Shown: piece by piece, positions 51,823 to 62,974 of the stretch
Position numbering within the stretch: the stretch's first letter is position 1
Layout: the number at the start of each line of letters is the position of its first letter
Origin: Octopus bimaculoides
Taxonomy: Eukaryota
DNA length: 64,000 nt
Direction of reading: 5' to 3'
Assembly: GCF_001194135.2 (NCBI RefSeq)
Contig: NC_069002.1
Coordinates: 3,915,284 to 3,979,283 of the forward strand
Translations under genes and position numbers: made by a program
Notes under the pieces: model-generated
Database searches by the model: none
The model's input: the letters and a program-made list of their open reading frames with translations, nothing else
Told to the model about the DNA's origin: nothing

Positions 51823-54344
51823 GCTGCTGAACAGCCTGGCATGGTCAAATGAGAATAGGACCACAGGTCTTAAGTCGTCAGCGGTGGCGGCAGTCTCAAC
51901 TCGTTTGAATGAGTGTGAGCGTGAGTGAAATCATCTCATCAAACTGTCACAATCCCCGGCAGGCACCTACCTACCTCCCCGACAAGACAACTTGAAGGGG
52001 CAGTCAATCCCCAGACCCTCCCTCCCTCTGCTACCAAATGGNNNNNNNNNNNNNNNNNNNNNNNNNNNNNNNNNNNNNNNNNNNNNNNNNNNNNNNNNNN
52101 NNNNNNNNNNNNNNNNNNNNNNNNNNNNNNNNNNNNNNNNNNNNNNNNNNNNNNNNNNNNNNNNNNNNNNNNNNNNNNNNNNNNNNNNNNNNNNNNNNNN
52201 NNNNNNNNNNNNNNNNNNNNNNNNNNNNNNNNNNNNNNNNNNNNNNNNNNNNNNNNNNNNNNNNNNNNNNNNNNNNNNNNNNNNNNNNNNNNNNNNNNNN
52301 NNNNNNNNNNNNNNNNNNNNNNNNNNNNNNNNNNNNNNNNNNNNNNNNNNNNNNNNNNNNNNNNNNNNNNNNNNNNNNNNNNNNNNNNNNNNNNNNNNNN
52401 NNNNNNNNNNNNNNNNNNNNNNNNNNNNNNNNNNNNNNNNNNNNNNNNNNNNNNNNNNNNNNNNNNNNNNNNNNNNNNNNNNNNNNNNNNNNNNNNNNNN
52501 NNNNNNNNNNNNNNNNNNNNNNNNNNNNNNNNNNNNNNNNNNNNNNNNNNNNNNNNNNNNNNNNNNNNNNNNNNNNNNNNNNNNNNNNNNNNNNNNNNNN
52601 NNNNNNNNNNNNNNNNNNNNNNNNNNNNNNNNNNNNNNNNNNNNNNNNNNNNNNNNNNNNNNNNNNNNNNNNNNNNNNNNNNNNNNNNNNNNNNNNNNNN
52701 NNNNNNNNNNNNNNNNNNNNNNNNNNNNNNNNNNNNNNNNNNNNNNNNNTTGAAGGCTTTCCCACCACCACCACCCCTTCCGTTCATTCATAAACGCACG
52801 ACCTCGTTAGAAAATTGGTCAGAGGGTACAAAATAGTTCTGGAATGTTTTCCTGCCATCTATAGCGTTGTTCCTTCTACAGGCAAGGCTTTGCTTTGGTT
52901 TGCCTGGAATTGCAGTGGTAATAATCTTCAACTTAGAAAAAAAAAAAAACTTGGTGCAAGAGAAAGGTGCCTGCCCAGCAGCTCTGGAGGAGTTTAGGTG
53001 TCGTCTGTGCCTTCACACTGCCGCAGTACTCTAATGTACTGCTGCTCTAACCTGCCAACATGGACTGCTGTATGAAGAATCAGTTCTTGTCAGTAAGCAA
53101 CTAATATGAAAAGGATTTTTAGGGCTTGCCTCATTAGGCTGCAAAAGGATATGTGTGCACATAAATATATATATATGTGTGTGTGTGTATATGTATGTCT
53201 GTGTATATGTGTGTTGTGTACACATATAGTTCTCAGTATTATCTCATTAGAATCTGCGACTAGGTTCTGTGTGAAAGAAAGAAGAAAATAATACTTGAGT
53301 AGGTACTAGCAGGGTGGGACAAAAAAAGGTTACACAAAATTGCCTAATATTGGTGGGTTTTTTTTTTTTTCCTCTTCCAAAAGTTTAACAACTGAGCTTC
53401 AAATATCCTATGAGTTGCCAACCCAATGCAAGGACTATAGAGAAATTGCTGTTATTCAGTAGCCCCAGATATCCATGTGTGTGTGCATGTATGTAAGCGT
53501 CTAGAAATTGCATGTACCAAGCTTAAAGATTTAAAAGCAAAAAAAACAAACAAACAAACAAACAAAAGGAAGAAAGAAAAAAACAGGAAAAACAGAAGAA
53601 AAAAAAAAGATGTGGAATTAAAAAAAAAAAAACACAAACTCAACCTCTTCAGACTTAATTATGTTTAACTTTCAGCTATTGTAATTTAGTAATCTAATTT
53701 TAAACTGCTGCATTTAAAAAACAAACAAAAAATTGTTTATTTTTTTATTTACATTTTTTTAAAAATTTATTTTAGATTGTAAAGCTTGGTACATGCAGCT
53801 TCCCTTTAAGTCTACAGCACAAGCTTAGCTGTGAAGTGTCTTTTTTCCTTCCCTCTCCACTTTTTTTCTTTCTACGCCACACTTTTTTTTTTATTTTAAA
53901 TGTCTCATCATATTTCTGTCCTGAGTTTTTTTTTTTTTTGTTTTTGTAAATTATCACTTATTTTGCATGTGCTTGCAATGATTTCTGTAGTAATTTTCTT
54001 TCCCTGAACGTTTTTTTTTAAATACGTTTCCTTGCAAACATCTATGTTGAGAAAGTATATATTAATTTGTGGCAAAGAAGAAAATATTTTTTTTTTTAAA
54101 TGGGTTAGATGCATTTGAACAGCCACTCTCTATGATTGAAAAGAAAAACAAAAAAAAAAACTGCCCCTGGGTTCGAGTATCTGTCCCCAGTCCCTTCCTT
54201 TATTTCCCTACCTCCTTCCCTCCCGGCCCTATCCTACCCTCCTGGTTTTTAAAAGAAAATACAAATTATTGATGAGTTTTCTGTTTGTTTCTATTTTTCT
54301 TTTCCTAATGTTATTTTCCAAACCTGTGTGCTGTGTAAATCTAT

Positions 54345-54350
54345 AATAAA
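54345..54350 (+). terminator. Candidate distal KPNB1 polyadenylation signal
   Basis: AATAAA at the end of about 2.5 kb of U-rich, SINE-free sequence after the stop codon. SINE-dense sequence resumes just after it. Confidence 0.45.
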
Positions 54351-56432
54351 TCAGCAGATTACTACATTTGTCTCTTTAATTCTTTAGATTTATATATATA
54401 TATATATATAATGTATGTCTATGAGCAGGGCATAGCTGTGTAGTAAGGGTTTTGCTTCTCAACCACATGGTTTCAGGACCCCTGAGGCAGTGTTTTTTTA
54501 CCACATCATATATATGTATGTATATTCAGTAATAAATTAAAAGCAGCACTGGTATTGTAGACATTATCATCTACACATACTCAGTGTGTGTGTGTTTTGT
54601 TTGCTTCCCGGTTCACTGTTGTGAAGCCCCTGAAAGACTTCATTGTTCTGGGTGTTAAAACACCTGAAAGTCATAGACAGGTGAGATAACTCGTTCCCAG
54701 GTTCCATTCGGGAGTGATGAACACTGATAAGCCCTGGGCTGACCAAAGCCTTACGAGTGTTAGGTTTCATTTGATGGAAACTGAAAGAAACCCCTTATGT
54801 GTGTATTTATGTCTTCACTGCTAATTGTAAATAAAAGTGATTGTTATATAAGCAGCATCGTTTGTAGTCTTGTGAAAATATTTGGCCATCAAGCTGTTTT
54901 TAAGTTCAAAAGGTCTACTTGGAAACAGGTGAATGTTGGCGACAGTATCTGGTCTTACAAAGTTTGCCTCGAAGTATTCGATCTGCCCTTGGGAACATGG
55001 AAAACTGAGCATTGATGGCTATCAATGATGTGGTCAAACAATGGCTTTGTGGTCAAGAAGTTCACTTCGTAACAATGTGGATTCAGGTTTGGTCTTTTTG
55101 ACACCTTGAATGAATGTCTTCCAAAGCCTTTAGTGTTGTTGCTGTTGGGACAATGGCAAAATATTTATATCTAATGTCATCACTTTCAATGTCTGACAAC
55201 CAGCAGAATATTTTAAAACAAGAACATATGACCACAGAATGCTGACTTGATAAGTCCTTGTCCAACCCATGTCAGTATGAAAAAACACAACACTTGATTT
55301 TATACATATATGTGTATATAACATGTCTGTCTGTTCCATGCCTGTATGATAGGTGGAACTTTTATGACTGGATGCTTTCTCTGTCACCAACCCATGCCTG
55401 TTTCCAGGTGAGGTAATATTTTCTCTTGGCTAAACGGGTTTTAACAGAAGACTAGAAACACTTAGCACTGCTTGTATGATCCACTTGCTTACAACTATCA
55501 TGATGTCAAGACAAGGAGTTGCACGCGATGAGTTCCTTTTAGTTTTCTTTCTCCATATCCACTCAAGACTTTGGTTTGGCCCAGGGCTATAATCACTGAC
55601 ATCACTAATCTTTCTTGTTTATCCCCCTCCTCCCTTCTCCCCACAGACCTATAATTTATTGGGTTGGGGAGATAAGATTCTTCTCTTTGTATGCATGTGT
55701 TTATAAACACATGTGAGTAGGGATGGGTGTTGAAGAAAAGTTATTGGTTATTGATGTACCAATGTTTGGCTCAATTACAGTAAAGCGCTGAGGCATTGCT
55801 GCTTCTTTTATACAATGCTGTAACAGAACAAAATGAAGTTTGGTGTTGCTGGGGAGTAGAGTACCTGAGTACCCTTGAGCTCTAGCATTTAAACTGGTCA
55901 TATCCGGCCCGAATGTTCTATTTGATGTTCAAACCAGCCAGATTCGACATATTGCATATAGTCTATAATGTCATTTTAAAAATCTCGAAGCTACAAGATA
56001 ATACATGATTATCTCAGTTTCCTACCAAATCCATTCAGAGAGCTTTGGTCGGCCCAGGGTTATAGTAGAAGACACCATGCAGTGGGACTGAACCCAAGAA
56101 ACGTTGGGGAGTAAGCTTCTTAGCACACAGCCACGCCTACACCTAGCATCATTCACATCATCCAAATCTCTAAGCTAATGCATGATTAATTCAGAACAAT
56201 GTGAATAAATAAGCATTACTTTTGAATGTCAAAAGGTTAGATTTTATGAAGCTAAGTTTGGCTCTTTCTCAGTTTCCTCTGGGAAGTGCTGACAGACAGC
56301 TTCTTTAGACAAAGTTTCTAATCTGAAATTGTGACAGGAGCATTTCAAGACTTTGATCCAAACTCTGTTCAATCAGTGTTGATCTGGGGCTAAATGAAGT
56401 CAAAAATCAAACAGCGGGCTTCGTGATAAGAA

Positions 56433-59204
56433 TTAGAAAACTGAGTTGATGCGATGAAGCAGATTTTGGACTTCCTTTTGGCATTCCAGTTGCTCCGTGT
56501 CAACCAAACTCTCTAATACAGTCCTCAGTCTGTTTAGGTCAAAGACAGAATGGCATTTGTTGTTCAAAGGAGCAAAATGTTCCTGAAATTCTAAATCTGT
56601 ATTTGGATGCTGTGATACTTCAGCTGAGGCGTTCCTTGTCATCTCCTGTTCTTCCTTTTGTGACTCCTTTGTCTTACAATGTCCAACTCCACGGTCACAC
56701 TCCTCATTTGTGCTACATTTGTCCGATTGACTCAGAAACTGAAGATGTTTGGTGCCAATGTTGTTGCAAAGTTCAAAGAAGTCTGTGTAGTCGGAACCTG
56801 TGAGAGATTTCAGCACCACCTGACAGAAAGAAAACAAACACAAAGAGTTAAAAACCAAAAGGAACAGAAGATAATAACTGCATTTTGGATTTGTTGTACT
56901 TTTTTTTCCCACATTTGCTTTATAAATCTTAATTGGGTAATACTTCCAAGTACAGTAGAAACTGCATCACTTTACTAGAAGTAAACTGGATGAGGACACC
57001 TGATATGGAGCTCTTACCAGTAAGTCATACATGTAACTACACACAATTCCAGTCAAACCATCTAACCTATGTGACTCACCTGACATTGCTGGTTCCATCC
57101 TTCCATACCCCGACAATCAGAGATTTCATTTTCGACGTCCTTTAAATTTCTTTTGAGAAAGTTCCAGGTAAGATCTATAGAGCAGCCATTCAGCCAGTTG
57201 TGGTTAATGGAAATTGTGTCTTCCTATATCAAAATATTATATAAATGTAGTGGAAAATAGGTCAGTTTCAAAACATTGATGTTCGAGTCACGAAAGCAAA
57301 GTTTAAAGGAAATAGTAATGACTGCCTAAAGAAGTAATGGAATTGAGCACCAATGAATTTTTCATTAGCTTTAGAGTAATGCTGCTTAGGGCAGTCAGTT
57401 ATTTCTAGAGTGTGGAACCTGTTTTTGTCTGAGAAGACTGGGCCACAAGATCAGTTAAGCATCTTCATTACAAACTCCGCCTACCAACTTCTTGACTGTC
57501 AAAGCTCTGTTCATGAAATATGGGATTTATTAATAAGACAATGAAACACATAAACAACAAAATGTAAAGACTTTATAGCAAGAGTAGTTTACCATGTTCC
57601 ATGAAGACCCTTAGCAAGAGCAGCTTACTACATTCCATGAAGACTCTTATCCAGAGCAGTTTACCATATTCCATAAAGCACATTAGCAAAATACAGTTTA
57701 CCCCATTCCATAAAGACCCTTAACAAGAGAAGTTAACTTCATTCTATAAAAACTTATTCTGAGTAGTTTACCCCATTCCATAAAGACTCAAGAGTAATTT
57801 ACCACGTTTCATAAAACCCTTTATCTAGAAGATTCTATTTACCACATTTCATAAAGGTCCTTATTGAAGGTAATTTACCACATTCCATAAAACCCTTTAT
57901 CTAGAAGATTCTATCACATTTTATACTTACCACATTCCACACTTGATGATGCCAACCACTGGGGACAAATATGATTTCTCCAGGATGTTGAATCACTTTG
58001 TATTGCTGTGAGAGTTTCTCATAGTTTGGGTACATCTCTGGGTTGTGAACGTCCTCAGATGTGACATCAAATGCCAAATTACCAAATTTATCTCGCAGGT
58101 ACACTTCTTCACCTTTGGGAAATAAAGGACACAAGAATTATAGACCAAAAGGAACAGTGGTGGATGGGAATAGGGGTCGTCAAGGTGGCGAGCTGGCAGA
58201 AATGTTAGCACGCAGGGCGAAATGTGTATTTGTGCTTGTGTTTGCATGTGTGTACATGCATATCAGAGCTTGTTTGGAGGGGAAGGAGAAGAAAAGGTCT
58301 ATAGTACCAGGTGGAAATAATAGCCACTGTTTCTTTCCACAGATATTTGCTGACCAGCTGTAGGAATGCAAAACATCAGCATGGAAGGGAGTCCTGAAAA
58401 AAAATAACCAAAATATTTGGTCAGGAATTAACTCGATGTTTATTTAACCTACCCTTTCATGGTTGTATTTCTAACAAGAATACATTGTCTCTTGTTTGAG
58501 TCAATAAATGAATTTAAGAGAGATTTAGCAAAATAACTAAACTTTTTTGTTAATTATTAAGACGGAGTTTGGAACATAAAAAATAAATATATATTGGTGT
58601 ATTAAGGTTTGGAACATAACAAAAGAGGAATATACATTGGTATATTAAGATTTTTAGAACATAACAAAGGATAAATATATATTTGTATATTAAAGTGGTA
58701 TTTGGAATATAACAAAAAACAAATATATATTGGTAAATGAAGATGGTGTTTGGAATATAACAAAAGAAAAACTAGTGTAAATTGGTATATTAAGATGGTG
58801 TTTAAGCTAAGAAGAATGGATTGTTAATATTTTTACTCAGCGATCAAGATTCCAATGTTTACAAAACCTGAAACAGTTTATAAACATCTGACTTTATTCA
58901 CAGAAACTCAGTATTTTTATCCATTCAACTGTTATCGAAGTGATGCCAGAATCTTTCTTACCAAGATCCTTTCGGTCCCATGTACACAAAACGGTAGTCA
59001 TCTCTAGAGCTCTCGCCTGTATCCCAAAACTGATTGAGCCAATCAGAACAAAAATACAAAGGTGTGTTGTAAGCATTGCATTCTGGGAAAGCTCTGAAAG
59101 AAATGAAGAAAACGTGCATAAACTTCCCAAAAAAAACATTCTGAAAAATTATAAATAACTAACCCTCCCCTCAAAATTGCTGGTCTTGCACTGAAACCAA
59201 AAAC

Positions 59205-59235
<31 letters not shown>

Positions 59236-59304
59236 TATAGGACTGAGGTAACTCCTCCAGAAGAAATAGAAGCAAAGAAAAAACTCTTCTTTTTTTTGCT
59301 TCTA

Positions 59305-59337
<33 letters not shown>

Positions 59338-61117
59338 TACTATTGCTAAGGCAGCAAGTTAGCAGAATTGTTAGCACGCTGGGCAAAATGCTTAGCAGCA
59401 TTTTGTCTGCACTACGTTCTGAGTTCAAATTCCACCAAGGTCAAGTTTGCCATCATCCTTTCAGGGTGGATAAAATACCAGTGGAACACCGAGGTCAAGG
59501 TAATCGACTGCCCCCCTCCCTCCCACTAAATTTCAGGCCTTGTGCCTATGATAGAAAGGATTATTATTATTACTATTATTATGGCAGTGAGCTGGCAGAA
59601 CCGTTAGCACACTGGGTGAAATGCTTTGTGGTATTTCATCTGCTGCTATGTTCTGAGTTCAAATTCCACAGAGGTCGACTTTGCCTTTTGTACTTTCAGG
59701 GTCGATGAATTAAGTACCAGTTATCATAAGTGCTGGGGCTGATTAGTTTGACTAAGACTACTCAAGGTGGTGCTCCAGCATGGCTGCAGTCTAATGACTG
59801 AGACGAGTAAAAGATTAAAAGATTAATGGATGAGATTTCTTACCTTACAAAATGCCAGTCTTTGAGATAAAGACACTGGTTATCGGTAGGATAGCTATTC
59901 GAAATGTAATCTTGCCAATATTCCAAATAATCAGAAAATGTCTGTTCTACTTTTGGATGGGAATCAAATTCCTTTTCGTTACAAATTGCTACTGGAACTT
60001 TCGCATTTCCTGCAAGGCAAAGAAACAAAAACAGTTTAATTAATTGTTATATTTGATAATGCAATTTGTGAATAAATGCATAATTTGTTGGTTATTGATA
60101 AACAGGCATTCTGTCGGTTACAGTGACGATGGTTCCAGTTGATCCGATCAATGGAACAGCTTGCTTCTGAAATTAATGTGCAAGTGGCTGAGCACTCCAC
60201 AGACACATGTACCCTTAACGTAATTCTCAGGAAGATTCAGTGTGACAAAGCTGGCCCCTTTGAATTACAGGTACAACTTATTTTCACCAGCTGTAGAGAC
60301 TGGAGCAACATGAAATAAAGTGTCTTGCTCAAGGATACAAAATCCTACAAATAATTACACACACAAACAAATTTAGGATGTTAAACATAATATTCACTTA
60401 TTACTTCCATTTATTTTAACTGAGTGAGAAAGGTGAAAGAAGTAAAGTCGATTCCGACAGGATTCGAAATTAAAAATGAGAGGGACAAATGGAAACAGTA
60501 TGAAATGATCTTTTCTTATTTTGGTACAAGGCCAGCAATCGCGAGGGGGTGGGGCTAGGAAATTGATTATATAGACCCCCAGGGCTGATTGCTACTTATT
60601 TTATCGATACCAAAAGGATGAAAGGCAAAGTCGACCTTGGCAGAATTTGAACTCAGAACAAAAAGACGTTAAGCATTTTGCCCGGTGCGCTAACGATTCT
60701 GCCAGCTCGCCAGAGTGCTTTGCTGTCTCCGGTGTAAATACATCAAGTGACCTCACCATTTCAGGTTACCGCCCGGTAATCTGAAATCGATTTCAAATTA
60801 ACCCCGGGAGTAGCCTGAACCCGAGTTCAAATTAGAAAAGAAGAAAAATACAAACCGAAGTTAGTCTTTAAAAACTCAAATTTCGGTTTCCCTTGCTCGT
60901 CTACCCATTCTGTACGACTTCGCCAATGTCGGGTGTGTTTACAACTGAATACACACGGCTTGTTAGGGATTAAATAACGAAGGAAAAAATCTTCGTATGA
61001 GATCTCTTCAGAAACATAGTCAACTGACTTAAATGAGGGGAGATGTTTCCTTCTCTCATAAATATCTTCTTGTTGAAGAGTTGACAGACAATTATCGACA
61101 CAACATTGAAATTCCAT
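56433..61117 (-). CDS. JMJD4: JmjC domain-containing 2-oxoglutarate/Fe(II) hydroxylase JMJD4, 7 exons, 452 aa
   Basis: Minus-strand exons: 61117-60856, 60009-59844, 59093-58962, 58393-58308, 58112-57931, 57223-57080, 56819-56433 (TAA). These sum to 1359 nt, all GT-AG and in frame. Motifs: FFLRYLIPNKPCVF, CLYLKDWHF, SDWLNQFWD..DDYRFVYMGPKGSWTPFHADVLHSYSWSANICGKKQW (HxD facial triad), QHPGEIIFVPSGWHHQVWNVEDTISINHNW. Confidence 0.93.
57580..57890 (-). repeat. About 36-bp minisatellite (9 units) in JMJD4 intron 5
   Basis: Repeated core (plus strand) TTTACCACATTCCATAAA at spacings of about 31-40 bp. Confidence 0.85.
58565..58803. repeat. About 40-45-bp minisatellite in JMJD4 intron 3
   Basis: Five to six degenerate units of TTTGGAACATAACAAAA..AAATATATATTGGTATATTAAG. 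Confidence 0.8.
59350..59825 (+). mobile_element. Two tandem family-C SINEs in JMJD4 intron 2
   Basis: Same head as 25367 (copies at 59350 and 59583). The second copy ends in GGTGCTCCAGCATGGCTGCAGTCTAATGACTGAGACGAGTAAAAGATTAAAAGATTAA. Confidence 0.8.
60540..60710 (-). mobile_element. Family-C SINE in JMJD4 intron 1
   Basis: The reverse complement reads GGCGAGCTGGCAGAATCGTTAGCGCACCGGGCAAAATGCTT..GTTCTGAGTTCAAATTCTGCCAAGGTCGACTTTGCC. Confidence 0.8.
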
Positions 61118-61142
61118 TTCAGTTCAACAGAAACTGTTCCCA

Positions 61143-61275
61143 CTCTCTATTTAAACTTCTACCTGTCTCTTTCTCTCCTCTCCCTCTCTATTTAAACTTC
61201 TATCTATCGTTTTCTCTCCCTCTCTAGTTAAACTTCTCTCTGTCTCTTTCACCCTCTCTATTTAAACTTTTGCCT
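61143..61275. repeat. Four-copy CTCTCTATTTAAACTT minisatellite just upstream of JMJD4 ATG
   Basis: The motif recurs about every 35-40 bp, followed by a CT-rich low-complexity tract to about 61500. Confidence 0.7.
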
Positions 61276-61693
61276 CTCTTCCACGCTCTTTCCTCCCTTC
61301 CTGTCTTTTTTCCCTCCCTTTGTTTTATCTCTCTTCCTGTCTTTTTCCCTCCCTTTGTTTTATTTCTCTCTCTCTCACTCTTCCTCCCGTCTTCATTCCT
61401 CTTAATACTTTTTATCTCCCTTTCTATTCCTCAATTCTTTTTTGCCTTCTTTCTCTCTACACCTATCTTACATTCGTCTTTCTATCTTATTTATTTTCCA
61501 CTCTTCCAATCCTCTTCCCTGGCAATTATTAAATAACCTGATTATGACACATTTAAAATTAAAACAAGATGTCTATTCCAAATTTTTACGTATGTATTTT
61601 ATTCCACACACAAAGACATACATCTTTTATCTTTTACTTGTTTCAGTCATTGAATTGCAGCCACGCCGGAGCACTGCGTTGAAGGGTTTAGCC

Positions 61694-61897
61694 CAGGGGT
61701 TCCCAACGATTTATCTATCTATGGACCCCTTTGATTACTATTTTATTCTGGTGGGCCCCCCATCACCATTTGATGTTTAAAAACTACTTTTAAGGAAATT
61801 CTTTCAAAATTCCTCTAAAGCAACATTTTTCAGCCCCCCCCCCTCCCAATTTATATGGACCCTCAGGGGCCATATGGACTCCGGTTGAGAACCCCTA
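61694..61897. mobile_element. hAT-type MITE nested in a SINE
   Basis: Termini CAGGGGTTCCCAAC / GTTGAGAACCCCTA with an 8-bp target duplication GTTTAGCC (61686-61693) / GTTTAGTC (61898-61905). Confidence 0.8.
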
Positions 61898-62974
61898 GTT
61901 TAGTCGAACGAATCGATCCCAATACTTGGTACTTATTCTAACGCTCTCTCTCTCGCCAAATCGCCAAGTTACTAGACGTAAGCAAACCGTCACCGGTTGT
62001 CAAGCGGTGTCGGATGGGGGTGGACAAACACAAACACACGTGTGTGACGGGCTTATTTCAGTTTCCGTCTACCACTGACAGGGATTCGGTCGTACCGGGG
62101 CTACAGAAGACACCTGCCCAAGATGTCACGCAGTGGGGCTGCAAACATCTTACCTCGCACCTTGCGCAAACTTTTATATATTTATATTAATATACTTGAA
62201 TATATATATTAAAAATGGGCAAGGCCGGTTTATGGGATTACCTTAGGTTTCCCGCCCATAAAGGTTTAGCTTTATAGTGTATCGTCAGATCCCAAAACCT
62301 GTTAGCCCAAGACCACACACACACGCACAGATACATATAAAAGGTACACACACAACCAACTGCCTGAACCAGCATCCTAATTAACAACAGCTCTGCAGTA
62401 AATGCAAGCTCTCTCTCTCTCTCTCTCACACACACACATACACACACGGCTATTAAATTAGCTGTGTAAATTTCTCAGCGTAAGTTCTTTAATTTTGCAT
62501 TTAAATTTTTAATTGTTTCAACAGATAATTTAACTGTTATTAGCATATTTTTTCCAATTGAGTGATTAATAAATAAATAATTGGATGTTCGACAGGTTGG
62601 CGAAACCTCTGCCTCTAAGCAGACCAGCCGTTTTACGGCCACATGCGTTCTAAACCATTTGTTTTTGAGTTCGAATGCTCCCATGGTCGACTTATCCGTT
62701 TAATTCTATTAGGGCCTCTTTAAAAATCCTACTAAAATATTCTGGAACCGATTCAAGCACTTATAATCTTGAATTAAGCCTGTGCAATAATTCCATCACT
62801 GTTTTACATTTCATTTTGTCAATAAAACATATAAGTTATTTGTTAGTATAATTTGTGGGGTCGGGGGTATTGTTTTACAGTTGGCTGGATACCCTACCCA
62901 TTAATAACTACACTTCTGCGAAGACTGAATGAAAACCGGCATGTTTCGTTTTAAGTTCAGATAGTTTTTATGTC

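Noticed and set aside
57580-58803. Regularly spaced 36-45-bp repeats that superficially resemble a CRISPR array
   Set aside because: They are degenerate tandem minisatellites without unique spacers, lie in eukaryotic introns, and no cas genes are present.
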